A stretch of DNA of 20,000 nucleotides from an uncultured virus (IMG/VR IMGVR_UViG_3300010938_000022) (IMGVR_UViG_3300010938_000022), one strand, 5' to 3'; shown: positions 9,156 through 16,981, counted from the first letter of the stretch. The notes: a model not told the origin generated them from the sequence alone. Made by a program: numbers and translations.

Positions 9156-9241
9156 TGGCGGAAAGGGTGGGAGTCGAACCCACAAGGCTTTCGCTCGCTT
9201 GTTTTCGAAACAAGTACCATCACCGATTGGCTTGCCTTTCC
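9156..9241 (-). tRNA. tRNA-Ser(CGA)
   Basis: GGAAAGG/CCTTTCC-G-CCA, CTTGT-TTCGAAA-ACAAG, long variable arm. Confidence 0.92.
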
Positions 9242-9508
9242 ATTTTCAATATGTCGTGATCTTTTTCAGCTGGTTGATATGGGTCTGTCATAGTACCAAT
9301 AACCAGTCTTTGTCCTGCAACTTGTTTTAACTCACCTGGTAATTTATCTTTAATATATTTACGAAGTCTGACAAATTCGCCCCATTCTTTTTCTTTATCC
9401 TTTACTAAAAATCGAATATAACAACCTACGTATGGATTTAAAATCATATGAACCAAAGTTTGTTTTTACTACTAATGGGCCTTTATTCGCATCAATGATT
9501 TTTATCAT
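9242..9508 (-). pseudogene. SPL-like radical SAM protein remnant
   Basis: LNPYVGC-YIRF (CxxxCxxC reduced to one Cys) and GTMTDPYQPAE motifs; frameshifted N-terminus (MIKIIDANKG...); truncated at the tRNA. Confidence 0.75.
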
Positions 9509-9534
9509 ATTCTTTCTTGAAATTATTTCAATAA

Positions 9535-9624
9535 TGGCGGAACCTATAGGATTCGAACCTATGAGCCTTTTTAGGGGCTGCCTCCTTAGCAAGAAGGTGC
9601 TTTTAGCCACTCAGCCAAGGTTCC
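9535..9624 (-). tRNA. tRNA-Ser(GCT)
   Basis: GGAACCT/AGGTTCC-G-CCA, loop TTGCTAA, TTCGAAT. Confidence 0.95.
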
Positions 9625-9625
9625 A

Positions 9626-10147
9626 TTATTTTAGATTACTTCTTAATGTTTTCACTAATTCATCAAAATCTTCTACTAAAATTGCATTTTTATAGAATGC
9701 ACATACTACATCAACATTACCTTTGCGCCAAAACCCATCTGGACAACAAACTATTAATAATTTAGTTCCTTTGACATGTAGTCCAAGTTCCATTAACGTA
9801 ATAGGACTTTTTGTTTTAGGATCGAAATACATCACTATCACATCAGAGTCTTCCATTCCTTGCAATTCCCATTCAACTTGCTCACGGAATTGCTTATTAC
9901 CTATTTCTTGTTTCCAGTTTTCATTCCAATCGTCCCTTCGTGGATTTAGAAACATTATATCTTCATTTTTGAATAATTTTACTAGTTTGTCTTGCCATGG
10001 TTCAGCTTTACCCATTTCTATAGAACCGGCTAGAAATATTTTAAACTTCTTAGATCCTTTATAAGAGTTTGGTGCCTTAATTTCTTGCATCTTGTCCTGT
10101 TTACCTTCAAATAAAAGATCATTTAATTTATTATTGATATCGGTCAT
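9626..10147 (-). CDS. nucleoside 2-deoxyribosyltransferase-like protein (Nuc_deoxyri_tr2 type)
   Basis: IFLAGSIEMGKAEPWQ, LNPRRDDW, QVEWEL, SPITLMELGL, CCPDGFWRKGNVD motifs; GGGAG SD. Confidence 0.9.
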   Translation of the reverse strand: MTDINNKLNDLLFEGKQDKMQEIKAPNSYKGSKKFKIFLAGSIEMGKAEPWQDKLVKLFKNEDIMFLNPRRDDWNENWKQEIGNKQFREQVEWELQGMEDSDVIVMYFDPKTKSPITLMELGLHVKGTKLLIVCCPDGFWRKGNVDVVCAFYKNAILVEDFDELVKTLRSNLK

Positions 10148-10298
10148 TTTAATTACTCCCTAAATTTCTATCTCGTAATCGTCACCATGTCCAGCATCCG
10201 CAGCGGGAAGCTGGTGAACTCCACACGAAGGGCAGCAAGTCCGCGCCTTCCTTACTGCCGAGCGATCGTGAGTGATCGCTAACCGGCGTGACAGCCAT

Positions 10299-10784
10299 TC
10301 ACGAAAGCACTGTCTTTGCTATTGGACCGGCGCAGGTACGCCCGCTGTCACGGCGCGCTTCGCGCGCTTCGCGCGCCGCTGAGCCGCGCTCATGCTTCTC
10401 GACCAGCGCATCGTTGCGCTCCTCCTCAGAGAACCACGGCTGTCTAAGTGTTCCACAGCGATAAATATTGCGGCCTTTGCGTGTTATTTTTATTCCTGTC
10501 TTGAGCGCGGCGTGCCCCTCGCTCGAAATGATGAGCAGCGTAAAGGTGTGCTGCTGCTTTGCCATGCCGTAACTATCGTTCGTGATAATGGCTGTGATGG
10601 TTCGTTTTCCGAGGAATTTTGATGACCTGTACGAACCGCCGAATACAGCCTCCTGAAATCTAATTATGTCGCCCGTAACGCAGTCCCCCGTGCAGTCAAT
10701 CCACGCGGTCTCATCGATTTTGCATGACCCAAATGGAGATACCAATTTGGCTCTGGAGGAAATCTTGTTAGAATTGCTTTGCAT
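10299..10784 (-). CDS. GC-rich hypothetical protein resembling a plant SAP/CCCH-associated domain (DUF7699-like)
   Basis: [30 protein letters not shown]...[20 protein letters not shown]; family recalled from memory. Confidence 0.6.
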   Translation of the reverse strand: MQSNSNKISSRAKLVSPFGSCKIDETAWIDCTGDCVTGDIIRFQEAVFGGSYRSSKFLGKRTITAIITNDSYGMAKQQHTFTLLIISSEGHAALKTGIKITRKGRNIYRCGTLRQPWFSEEERNDALVEKHERGSAAREAREARRDSGRTCAGPIAKTVLS

Positions 10785-10979
10785 TTGTTATTTGCTAAAT
10801 ATCGGTTATAAAAATTTTCATTTTAACCTATCGGGTTATATTCGCCATTTGAATCAATATTTTCTAAAATTGGTAAACTAACTTCCTTACCAGTTTTTAC
10901 TGAATAAGTTTTAACTTGCTTGATATTTGATACTTTAGCACCTATATCTAGTGGTTGATTTAGAAAATCCATCAATTTT

Positions 10980-11270
10980 TCAAATAAAATTATTAGTTCC
11001 ATTACTTCTCCCTAATTGATTTGCATCGAAGTCAAGAAATGGTAACGGACTTTCAGCATAGTTACCTAGTTGACCATACTTAAAAGGTTCATCTAAATAC
11101 TTTTCATCTACACCTAAGTATTGGACATTTTTAAGTATAGATAGGTCTTTAGCCTTATTGAGGAAATTTTCTTGTTCTGCTGCTGAATAACTATCCCAAA
11201 ATTCTGGTAATTCTATTTTATCACTAAAATTATAACCATGAACTTCAAATTTTATCATTAGAAACTTCAT
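10980..11270 (-). CDS. hypothetical protein
   Basis: 96 aa, ATGA overlap with the upstream gene. Confidence 0.65.
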   Translation of the reverse strand: MKFLMIKFEVHGYNFSDKIELPEFWDSYSAAEQENFLNKAKDLSILKNVQYLGVDEKYLDEPFKYGQLGNYAESPLPFLDFDANQLGRSNGTNNFI

Positions 11271-11668
11271 ACTTTGCCTTTCGCCATCTTAATGTTACCA
11301 ATTGTGATGTGATAACATTTCTTAGTAGATCCTAAATCACCGAATCTGAATCTTGGTAAGCCTAACTCTTCTCTGATATCGCCAATCCTGTCACTGTGTG
11401 CATTTAAGTAGAAATACGTTCCATCAAAGTTGATTTTCCCATCGTAATAATACTCAATAACTTCATTTTCATACTTATTCCAAAAATTAGTATTCCTTAC
11501 TTTTTCATATTTTGGTCTTACAACAGTTATATGTGGTGCATGCATTTGAGTTTGAGCATAAAAGTATTTTGGTATTAAATTAAAGTATAAATCGGCTATA
11601 CCTTTGTCAACCCAAACTACCGCTCTAAATTGAGAATTATATTGTAAGACCCCTGAACTTTTATACAT
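11267..11668 (-). CDS. 2H phosphoesterase family protein (LigT/Acb1-like fold)
   Basis: Two HxT motifs (PHITVV and YHITIG) about 75 aa apart; probable ATG start at 11668. Confidence 0.8.
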   Translation of the reverse strand: MYKSSGVLQYNSQFRAVVWVDKGIADLYFNLIPKYFYAQTQMHAPHITVVRPKYEKVRNTNFWNKYENEVIEYYYDGKINFDGTYFYLNAHSDRIGDIREELGLPRFRFGDLGSTKKCYHITIGNIKMAKGKV

Positions 11669-12082
11669 AAGACATTTACGTATATATTTACTTTTTAATT
11701 TTATAAACACTCAACATTTCAGACTTTGGCACACCAAATCCACCCCATCAGTCATCGTTATCCATGAGACATGGCTTACCATCAGTAAACCCTACCCATA
11801 CTGCTGTTACGGTGTATTTATTTGCTTTACGTTTCATCATGCTTCTCTATTAATGTTATTAGGAATGAGCCAATTTCCATTCACCCTCATAGAATCTTTT
11901 TGATGTTTCTATAGCTGGTTTAATAAGGACACATATTCTTTTTCAATACGTATGCAACTAGTGTCTACTCCATATTTTTTTAATAAACCTTCTACAGATT
12001 CACCTGGCTTTGGATATATTACTCTTACATATCTTTCAATTGCACCCGATCTTCGGTGTCAGATTATACTATAGGGCTTTAA

Positions 12083-12224
12083 TGGCGGAGAAGCTCATAG
12101 TTAAGTGACTAGGATTTTTAGTAACTCAGTGATAAAAGTTGCCATTCCTACCACTTCGGGTTGCCCCCTATCGCTTCGTGCTCGCGTACTCGCATAAGTC
12201 TTTATTAGCTTAGCTAACTTCCCC
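12083..12224 (-). ncRNA. 142-nt structured RNA with tRNA-like acceptor stem and CCA end, unknown class
   Basis: GGGGAAGTT/AGCTTCTCC-G-CCA terminal helix; internal long hairpin 12103-12156; GGG-GCAA-CCC GNRA hairpin; no canonical T-arm. Confidence 0.55.
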
Positions 12225-12468
12225 ATACTTTCTTTTAACTCTAAAAAAGTGTTATATTCTTGCTACTCTCTAATTTGTTTCCTAGCTCTCTCACGTTCTT
12301 CTGATTCAATCCTTTGCTTTTCTTCTGCTTCTTTAACAATTTTTGAATGTAATTCTTTATAATTCTCGATCCAGAGAAATTCAATAGGCAATTGATAGTA
12401 TTTATCATCATAATGTCCATACTGTGAAAGTTTACTTTGATATATGCGTAACCACGTGGTGCTACCAT
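12225..12468 (-). pseudogene. frameshifted hypothetical coiled-coil ORF
   Basis: Protein-like frame YGHYDDKYYQLPIEFLWIENYKELHSKIVKEAEEKQRIESEERERARKQIRE*QEYNTFLEL is out of frame with the ATG at 12468 and has an internal TAG. Confidence 0.45.
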
Positions 12469-12548
12469 TTTATGGAAATATGACTTTAGGGCTAGCTATC
12501 ATTTGTGTAATATTTGCGATAATCTTTACCATCCTTTTCAAGAAATTG

Positions 12549-12720
12549 TGGTGGTCCTGACAATCCTAACGATAGTCCACGGAGTTAATTTATGTCATTT
12601 AAAAAGATTGTGTGTCAGCCAATTCAAGTAAAAGTCATAATGGGCGTGGCGAGCCAGTTTATCATAGCTGGCTCGAAAGCGATTAAGGCATAAAGAACGT
12701 TTATCTCTTAAGGAGCAGGT
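12549..12720 (-). ncRNA. possible tmRNA 3' remnant or other CCA-ending structured RNA
   Basis: Ends TAACTCCGTGGA...GTCAGGAC-CACCA; strong hairpin 12650-12675; T-arm and 5' end absent. Confidence 0.3.
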
Positions 12721-12721
12721 T

Positions 12722-12777
12722 AAAACAACGGATTTCTGCTCCAAAGGCAGACGCGTTACTATTACGCTATGAGGCCA
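12722..12777 (-). pseudogene. 3'-truncated tRNA-Gln(TTG)
   Basis: TGGCCTC 5' strand, D arm and TCTGC-CTTTGGA-GCAGA intact; T-arm 3' half and acceptor 3' strand missing. Confidence 0.75.
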
Positions 12778-12780
12778 TAA

Positions 12781-12856
12781 TGGTTGGGGAAGTTGGACTC
12801 GAACCAACATGGCGCAGCTTCAAAGGCTGCTGAGTTACCAATTACTCTATTCCCCA
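12781..12856 (-). tRNA. tRNA-Gln(TTG)
   Basis: TGGGGAA/TTCCCCA, GCAGC-CTTTGAA-GCTGC, TTCGAGT, CCA. Confidence 0.93.
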
Positions 12857-12857
12857 A

Positions 12858-12941
12858 TGGTGCGCTAGGAGGGACTTGCACCCTCATGCCTTTCGGCACC
12901 ATATTCTAATTTGGCGTGTCTTCTAATTTTACCACCAGCGC
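12858..12941 (-). tRNA. tRNA-Leu (probably TAG; imperfect anticodon arm)
   Basis: GCGCTGG/CTAGCGC-A-CCA, variable arm TGCC-GAAA-GGCA; anticodon arm CCAAATTAGAATATGG appears 1 nt short. Confidence 0.75.
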
Positions 12942-13193
12942 TTAATACTTTCTGGTATAACCTTTAACCCACTTCCCGTTCCTATAATAACCAGCTATTA
13001 CAGCTTGTTTATTATATACATCAATGAATCTATCAATCTCTGTAATTGCCTGTTGTATAATTTCCTTATCTGGTTGAAAATTAATCTCTAAAAAATCATT
13101 ATTGAATAAAGCTTTATAATCAGATTTCAAAATTTCAAAGAGATTTAAAAATCTTTTAAACCAAACATTATTATCCCAAACACGATCTAACAT
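12942..13193 (-). CDS. hypothetical protein (possibly 5'-disrupted)
   Basis: 83 aa ending IAGYYRNGKWVKGYTRKY. Confidence 0.5.
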   Translation of the reverse strand: MLDRVWDNNVWFKRFLNLFEILKSDYKALFNNDFLEINFQPDKEIIQQAITEIDRFIDVYNKQAVIAGYYRNGKWVKGYTRKY

Positions 13194-13339
13194 TTCATTT
13201 AAATTAACTTTTTGCTTCTTTGCTACTTTTTGTAGACATTCAAGATTGATGATAGTTCATCGTATGCTTTGTGACAATTCATTAAATAATCATACACTAC
13301 AATATTTGATACTTTACTAATAAGCATATTTTATCCAAT

Positions 13340-13402
13340 TGGAGGCGGACCATAGAATCGAACTATGCTGACCTAGGAAGTGCACCAGCATTTATGTCCG
13401 CT
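13340..13402 (-). pseudogene. tRNA lacking anticodon loop (Cys-like acceptor)
   Basis: GCGGAC/GTCCGCC-T-CCA and perfect T-arm CATAG-TTCGATT-CTATG; anticodon arm reduced to CCTAGG. Confidence 0.7.
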
Positions 13403-13617
13403 GAGCTATGTTTGCTGCGATATTTTAATGATGCTTTTTATACAAATAGGTATGGTAAATTAACATATAAACGTTCATCAAGTCTTCATATTAATATAAC
13501 AGTATTCACAATACTAAAGTAAGTAATTCCAACAACTAATAATTCAAAGAAGATTATTTTAAATATGCAGATAATTCATTCCAATTATCAAATAATTCAT
13601 TTATTTTGAATCGAGCC

Positions 13618-13950
13618 TCATTTAAATCTTAAAGTAAATTTTACTTCAAAGCCTATACTTGATTTTCCAAAACTTAATTTTTCTCTTTTATACCAAAGTA
13701 ATAGGTTAGGCCCGAATGAAATACTATAATCTGGTAACTTGTACTCAACCAATAAAGCACTAGCTTCTATTTTGTCAACTACTGTGTAAATTTTAAAGAA
13801 AACAGAATCTTGTAATACAAGATTCAGCTTTGGACGTGATTCTAAACCTAGAAAAATGTTCCTACTTTGTTGCGGTTGACGTGTGATAGTAAAACTTTGA
13901 CTATATAATACATTGCATGATACTAATATGAATAGTAGTATTATTCTCAT
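13618..13950 (-). CDS. putative secreted / outer-membrane protein
   Basis: Signal-peptide-like MRIILLFILVSCNVLYSQ; beta-strand C-terminus IGFEVKFTLRFK. Confidence 0.65.
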   Translation of the reverse strand: MRIILLFILVSCNVLYSQSFTITRQPQQSRNIFLGLESRPKLNLVLQDSVFFKIYTVVDKIEASALLVEYKLPDYSISFGPNLLLWYKREKLSFGKSSIGFEVKFTLRFK

Positions 13951-13973
13951 ACTACTATTTACTTGACATTATA

Positions 13974-13993
13974 TGGTAGGGACGGTGGGATTC
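13974..13993 (-). pseudogene. tRNA 3' fragment
   Basis: GAATCCCAC-CGTCCCT-A-CCA only. Confidence 0.55.
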
Positions 13994-14002
13994 ACAACCG
14001 TT

Positions 14003-14581
14003 TCATATACCTAGCTCGTCTGGATTTTCGCCCTTTTCAATGGCCCTATCTATGATATCTTTTATGATATCTTTTGTAAAACCTTTAGAATCGGGCACAG
14101 ATCGATAAGCATCTGTCTTAGCATCAACAGCAGCTAAAAAATTAACGTACAAATCATCTTGCGCTTCCATCTCATACTTATTACTAGATATTAGAATCTC
14201 TATCTCACGAGGATTAAATGTCCACTGACCACTCATAATCCAATTCATAATCTGAACCAGAAAATCTTCATCTAATACTTTCCAATCTTTCCTAACTAAT
14301 GGGTGTACTCCCCATTGAACTAGTAATTGAATATATTTAGGATTATCTCCAAGTTCTAATAACTGTTGTTTAACTCTTTGTTGATCTTCTGAATTGAAGT
14401 TTAATAATATTCTACCAAGCTGCGGTTTCATATCTTTCAAGTAAGGGACAATCCTTTCACTTGGGATATGTTTCTTCATTAGCCTGAGTAATGTTATAAT
14501 ATCATCTGGATGAGGATCATCCTCTATCCTTTGTAGATATCCAAATGGTTCAAATTCCTCATATATTAGGCTTAGTTGCAT
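14003..14581 (-). CDS. hypothetical protein
   Basis: 192 aa acidic ORF, preceded by the TCAAATATAGT motif. Confidence 0.75.
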   Translation of the reverse strand: MQLSLIYEEFEPFGYLQRIEDDPHPDDIITLLRLMKKHIPSERIVPYLKDMKPQLGRILLNFNSEDQQRVKQQLLELGDNPKYIQLLVQWGVHPLVRKDWKVLDEDFLVQIMNWIMSGQWTFNPREIEILISSNKYEMEAQDDLYVNFLAAVDAKTDAYRSVPDSKGFTKDIIKDIIDRAIEKGENPDELGI

Positions 14582-14597
14582 TTAAACTATATTTGAG

Positions 14598-14758
14598 TGG
14601 TGTATGCTGTTTCGTCAGACGGCACAGCAGCGAAGCCTCTTTAGAACCCCAAACCGAGGGGGCAGATGGAAGACTTGCGGTGCGCACCGCCATTATTCCT
14701 AAACCCGCAACTAGTATTCGAGTTCTCTCGGTCTTCCCCCCGACGAGATTAAGGACCA
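14598..14758 (-). ncRNA. GC-rich structured RNA candidate, CCA-ending
   Basis: Nested helices 14612-14618/14740-14746, 14668-14674/14731-14737, 14675-14680/14705-14710; lies immediately 3' of tRNA-Gly. Confidence 0.5.
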
Positions 14759-14763
14759 TTAAA

Positions 14764-14838
14764 TGGAGCGACGTGCGGGTAACGCTCCCGCCTAATCCAG
14801 CATGGCAAGCTGGTGCACAACTTCTATACCAACGTCGC
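14764..14838 (-). tRNA. tRNA-Gly(GCC)
   Basis: GCGACGT/ACGTCGC-T-CCA, CCAGC-TTGCCAT-GCTGG; T-loop AGCGTTA. Confidence 0.9.
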
Positions 14839-14888
14839 TTGTTTTAATAATTTTAGCCAAGTTAAAATTATTGATAGAATCATGCTTT

Positions 14889-15140
14889 TTAACTTAGAAT
14901 CCATGCTTCAATTTCATCTTTATTTAGATTATTTACAACATACTTTATTAAATTAGTCTTATTTAAACCATAATAACCTTCTTGACCAACATGTAGCATA
15001 TCTCTAGCCATATCTCTGATAGAATTTATGCTTTGATCTTCAATCTGATAATCCCAGAATTCATCTAATCTATAGAGCAGATCTGATTTGGTTAATTTAT
15101 TAAGCAGGCAAAGAATAGACCTATTTGAAATTGTTTTCAT
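14889..15140 (-). CDS. hypothetical protein
   Basis: 83 aa, AAGGA SD; 3' end duplicated at 17100-17186. Confidence 0.7.
   Translation of the reverse strand: MKTISNRSILCLLNKLTKSDLLYRLDEFWDYQIEDQSINSIRDMARDMLHVGQEGYYGLNKTNLIKYVVNNLNKDEIEAWILS
14893..14979. repeat. 87-bp direct repeat, copy 1
   Basis: 4 mismatches to 17100-17186 by manual alignment. Confidence 0.9.
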
Positions 15141-15198
15141 ATTATTCCTTTAATAGTTTGCTTTACTTCTTCTGAAATTTGCATATTTTATTTACTTG

Positions 15199-15273
15199 GG
15201 GAGCGCCTAGTGAGACCTGCCCTCACCTCGCTAGTTTGGAAAACTAGCACATCGCTGTCTATGCTTTAGGCGC
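15199..15273 (-). tRNA. tRNA-Gly(TCC)
   Basis: GCGCCTA/TAGGCGC-T, CTAGT-TTTCCAA-ACTAG; T-loop GGCAGGT; ends CCC rather than CCA. Confidence 0.88.
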
Positions 15274-15279
15274 TTACTT

Positions 15280-15353
15280 TGGAGCTAGTACTCAGAATTG
15301 AACTGAGGTTTATTCCTTACCAAAGAATTGTTCTACCACTGAACTATACTAGC
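15280..15353 (-). tRNA. tRNA-Thr(GGT)
   Basis: GCTAGTA/TACTAGC-T-CCA, loop TTGGTAA. Confidence 0.93.
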
Positions 15354-15452
15354 GTTTCTTCGAGTCTATCACTTTTCACATTCTATGGAATCTTTAGCTA
15401 AAGATTTAAAAGTATCATCTAATTCAAATGCTTAAACACCATCATAATATTA

Positions 15453-15806
15453 TTATTTAAATTCCTTATTTAGGACTGACAGAAGCTTTGTTAAAGCATC
15501 AACTTCTGCTTGAAATCCTTTGTTAGTTGCTTTTTCTAAATCTGCTTCTACCATACCATAATATGATCTTAAATTCTTAATAAATATTTCATGTACTAAT
15601 TGTTTGTAACCTTTTATTGTTTTTCTAGGAGCGTGTCTTATAATACCATATGATTCACAATTCACAAAATTTCTTCTACCACTTACTAGATCATCTACTA
15701 ATTTTTCTGGTGTTACTGTTATAAACGATTTTGAAATTCTTTTTAAAGCATCCCTTTTATTGATTGGCTTCCATGTGATTCCATTTTTACTTATCTCTAA
15801 TTTCAT
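15453..15806 (-). CDS. hypothetical protein
   Basis: ORF from ATG 15806 (MKLEISKNG...), overlapping the end of the methyltransferase gene. Confidence 0.7.
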   Translation of the reverse strand: MKLEISKNGITWKPINKRDALKRISKSFITVTPEKLVDDLVSGRRNFVNCESYGIIRHAPRKTIKGYKQLVHEIFIKNLRSYYGMVEADLEKATNKGFQAEVDALTKLLSVLNKEFK

Positions 15807-16344
15807 ATTTTGCTTTCTTTTGAGTAAAATCATACATCACTATACCGGATGCTGTACCACAGTTTAACGATCTTACGCTACCAAACATATCTATTGCCAC
15901 TATTGTTGTACAAAGATCTTGAACTTCTTTTGTTAACCCAACACCTTCTTCTCCAAAAATTAAAAGAGTATTATCTTCCCATTTATGGTCTTTAAGGCTA
16001 ATAGAACCAGGTACATTATCAACTCCAACAAACTTATACTTATCTTTTAATTTTATTAAATCATTAATACTTGGTAAGTTAATAATATCTATATAATGAT
16101 TTGTTCCAACAGCACCTCTTTTATCCCATCTCTTTGGACCTAGGTAAAATACCTCTTTAGCATTAAATGCATTAGCATTCCTTACGCCAGTACTCATGTT
16201 AAAATCGCCAACCCAGTGTTCAAAACATACTGCATATGGGAAGGATGTTTCTTGTAATCTCTTTTTAATCTCTTCTGTTGGTAAATCTTTGTACTTATCT
16301 ATTACATTTCTTGATTGTAATTCTATATAATGGTTTGTATTCAT
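15787..16344 (-). CDS. SpoU/TrmH-family SPOUT RNA methyltransferase
   Basis: NMSTGVRNANAF (motif 1), LIFGEEGVGL (motif 2), IDMFGSVRSLNCGTASGIVMY (motif 3). Confidence 0.93.
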   Translation of the reverse strand: MNTNHYIELQSRNVIDKYKDLPTEEIKKRLQETSFPYAVCFEHWVGDFNMSTGVRNANAFNAKEVFYLGPKRWDKRGAVGTNHYIDIINLPSINDLIKLKDKYKFVGVDNVPGSISLKDHKWEDNTLLIFGEEGVGLTKEVQDLCTTIVAIDMFGSVRSLNCGTASGIVMYDFTQKKAKYEIRDK

Positions 16345-16500
16345 AATTATTTTATATAAGGGTCAAGATCTTCTGTTTCAAATAATTGACCCAAAGTGTA
16401 TTTAATAAGATGTAGATTTTATTTTGCTCATTTCCTTTCAATATTATTTGGCTTAGTATTTGTGTCGGCTAATTTAATTCTACCAGGCTAAAAACCAAAA

Positions 16501-16518
16501 TGGTGCCCTCAGGAGGAT
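16501..16518 (-). pseudogene. tRNA 3' fragment
   Basis: ATCCTCC-TGAGGGC-A-CCA only. Confidence 0.5.
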
Positions 16519-16526
16519 CTGCTTCA

Positions 16527-16602
16527 TGGTACCCCCGATTGGATTTGAACCAATATTGTTCGTTTAGGAAACGAATTTCTTATCCAGTTAAAAGACAGGG
16601 GC
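16527..16602 (-). tRNA. tRNA-Arg(CCT)
   Basis: GCCCCTG/CGGGGGT-A-CCA, TTCGT-TTCCTAA-ACGAA, TTCAAAT. Confidence 0.9.
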
Positions 16603-16723
16603 TTAATGGTTTTTACAGCACCTAAAGATATATTTAAATTTCTTGCGACTGCTGACTTTGATGAATTAATCAAAGTCCACCCATTATGAACAGGCTTGCG
16701 ATACCTAGTTTCTTTTTACATGA

Positions 16724-16966
16724 TCAAAATCCATCACAAAATTGATTTGATTCTTTATAGTTTGATAACCAAATTTGATTAGTTCTGTATACTACTAAGT
16801 TAGCTCTTATCTGTTCACGTCTAACAGGATCTTTATATCTTTCTTTAGAATATTTTGAGCAACATGTTTTACAAATCAATCTTTCTAAGTCCTTCACCTT
16901 TTTATGAAATTCTATTTTGTTCTTTCCAAGATTGCATTTGCCACAAATTTTCGTATTTAATTTCAT
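16724..16966 (-). pseudogene. truncated HNH/endonuclease VII-type homing endonuclease (Zn-finger N-terminus)
   Basis: KICGKC...EFHK...CKTC...WLSNYKES..C; catalytic domain absent. Confidence 0.55.
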
Positions 16967-16981
16967 AAATATTAAATACAT

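Noticed and set aside
4510..10622. Alternative-frame or antisense ORFs (e.g. 4510-4866, 5297-5524, 5425-5667, 7682-7915, 8613-8816, 9723-10064, 10392-10622)
   Set aside because: They are shadows of better-supported overlapping genes or gene fragments
10800..10842. Near-direct repeat TATCGG(G)TTATA upstream of the GC-rich ORF
   Set aside because: Only two imperfect copies in AT-rich DNA, too little to call an operator
11970..12030. Ribosomal protein bS21-like peptide VRVIYPKPGESVEGLLKK
   Set aside because: Only a short resemblance, with no start codon and no downstream F(K/R)R...Y.KP motif
5893..12270. Stop-codon reassignment (in-frame TAG at 6049 and ~12264)
   Set aside because: The frame with the 6049 TAG also has an in-frame TAA, long genes are not broken by TAG, all three stops end apparently intact genes, and no CTA or TCA suppressor tRNA was seen
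12555..12585. Group I intron S-element-like GATAGTCC
   Set aside because: No matching P, Q or R elements and no interrupted host gene
14600..14632. Hammerhead ribozyme-like CTGACGA...GAAAC on the minus strand
   Set aside because: No stem II or stem I, and the cleavage triplet would be GUG; CTGACGA is better explained by pairing with 14740-14746
9395..14847. ORFs overlapping tRNAs or ncRNAs (9395-9610, 12595-12810, 14545-14847, 14559-14759)
   Set aside because: The open frames arise from GC-rich RNA genes and have no protein-like motifs, apart from the radical SAM N-terminus inside 9395-9610
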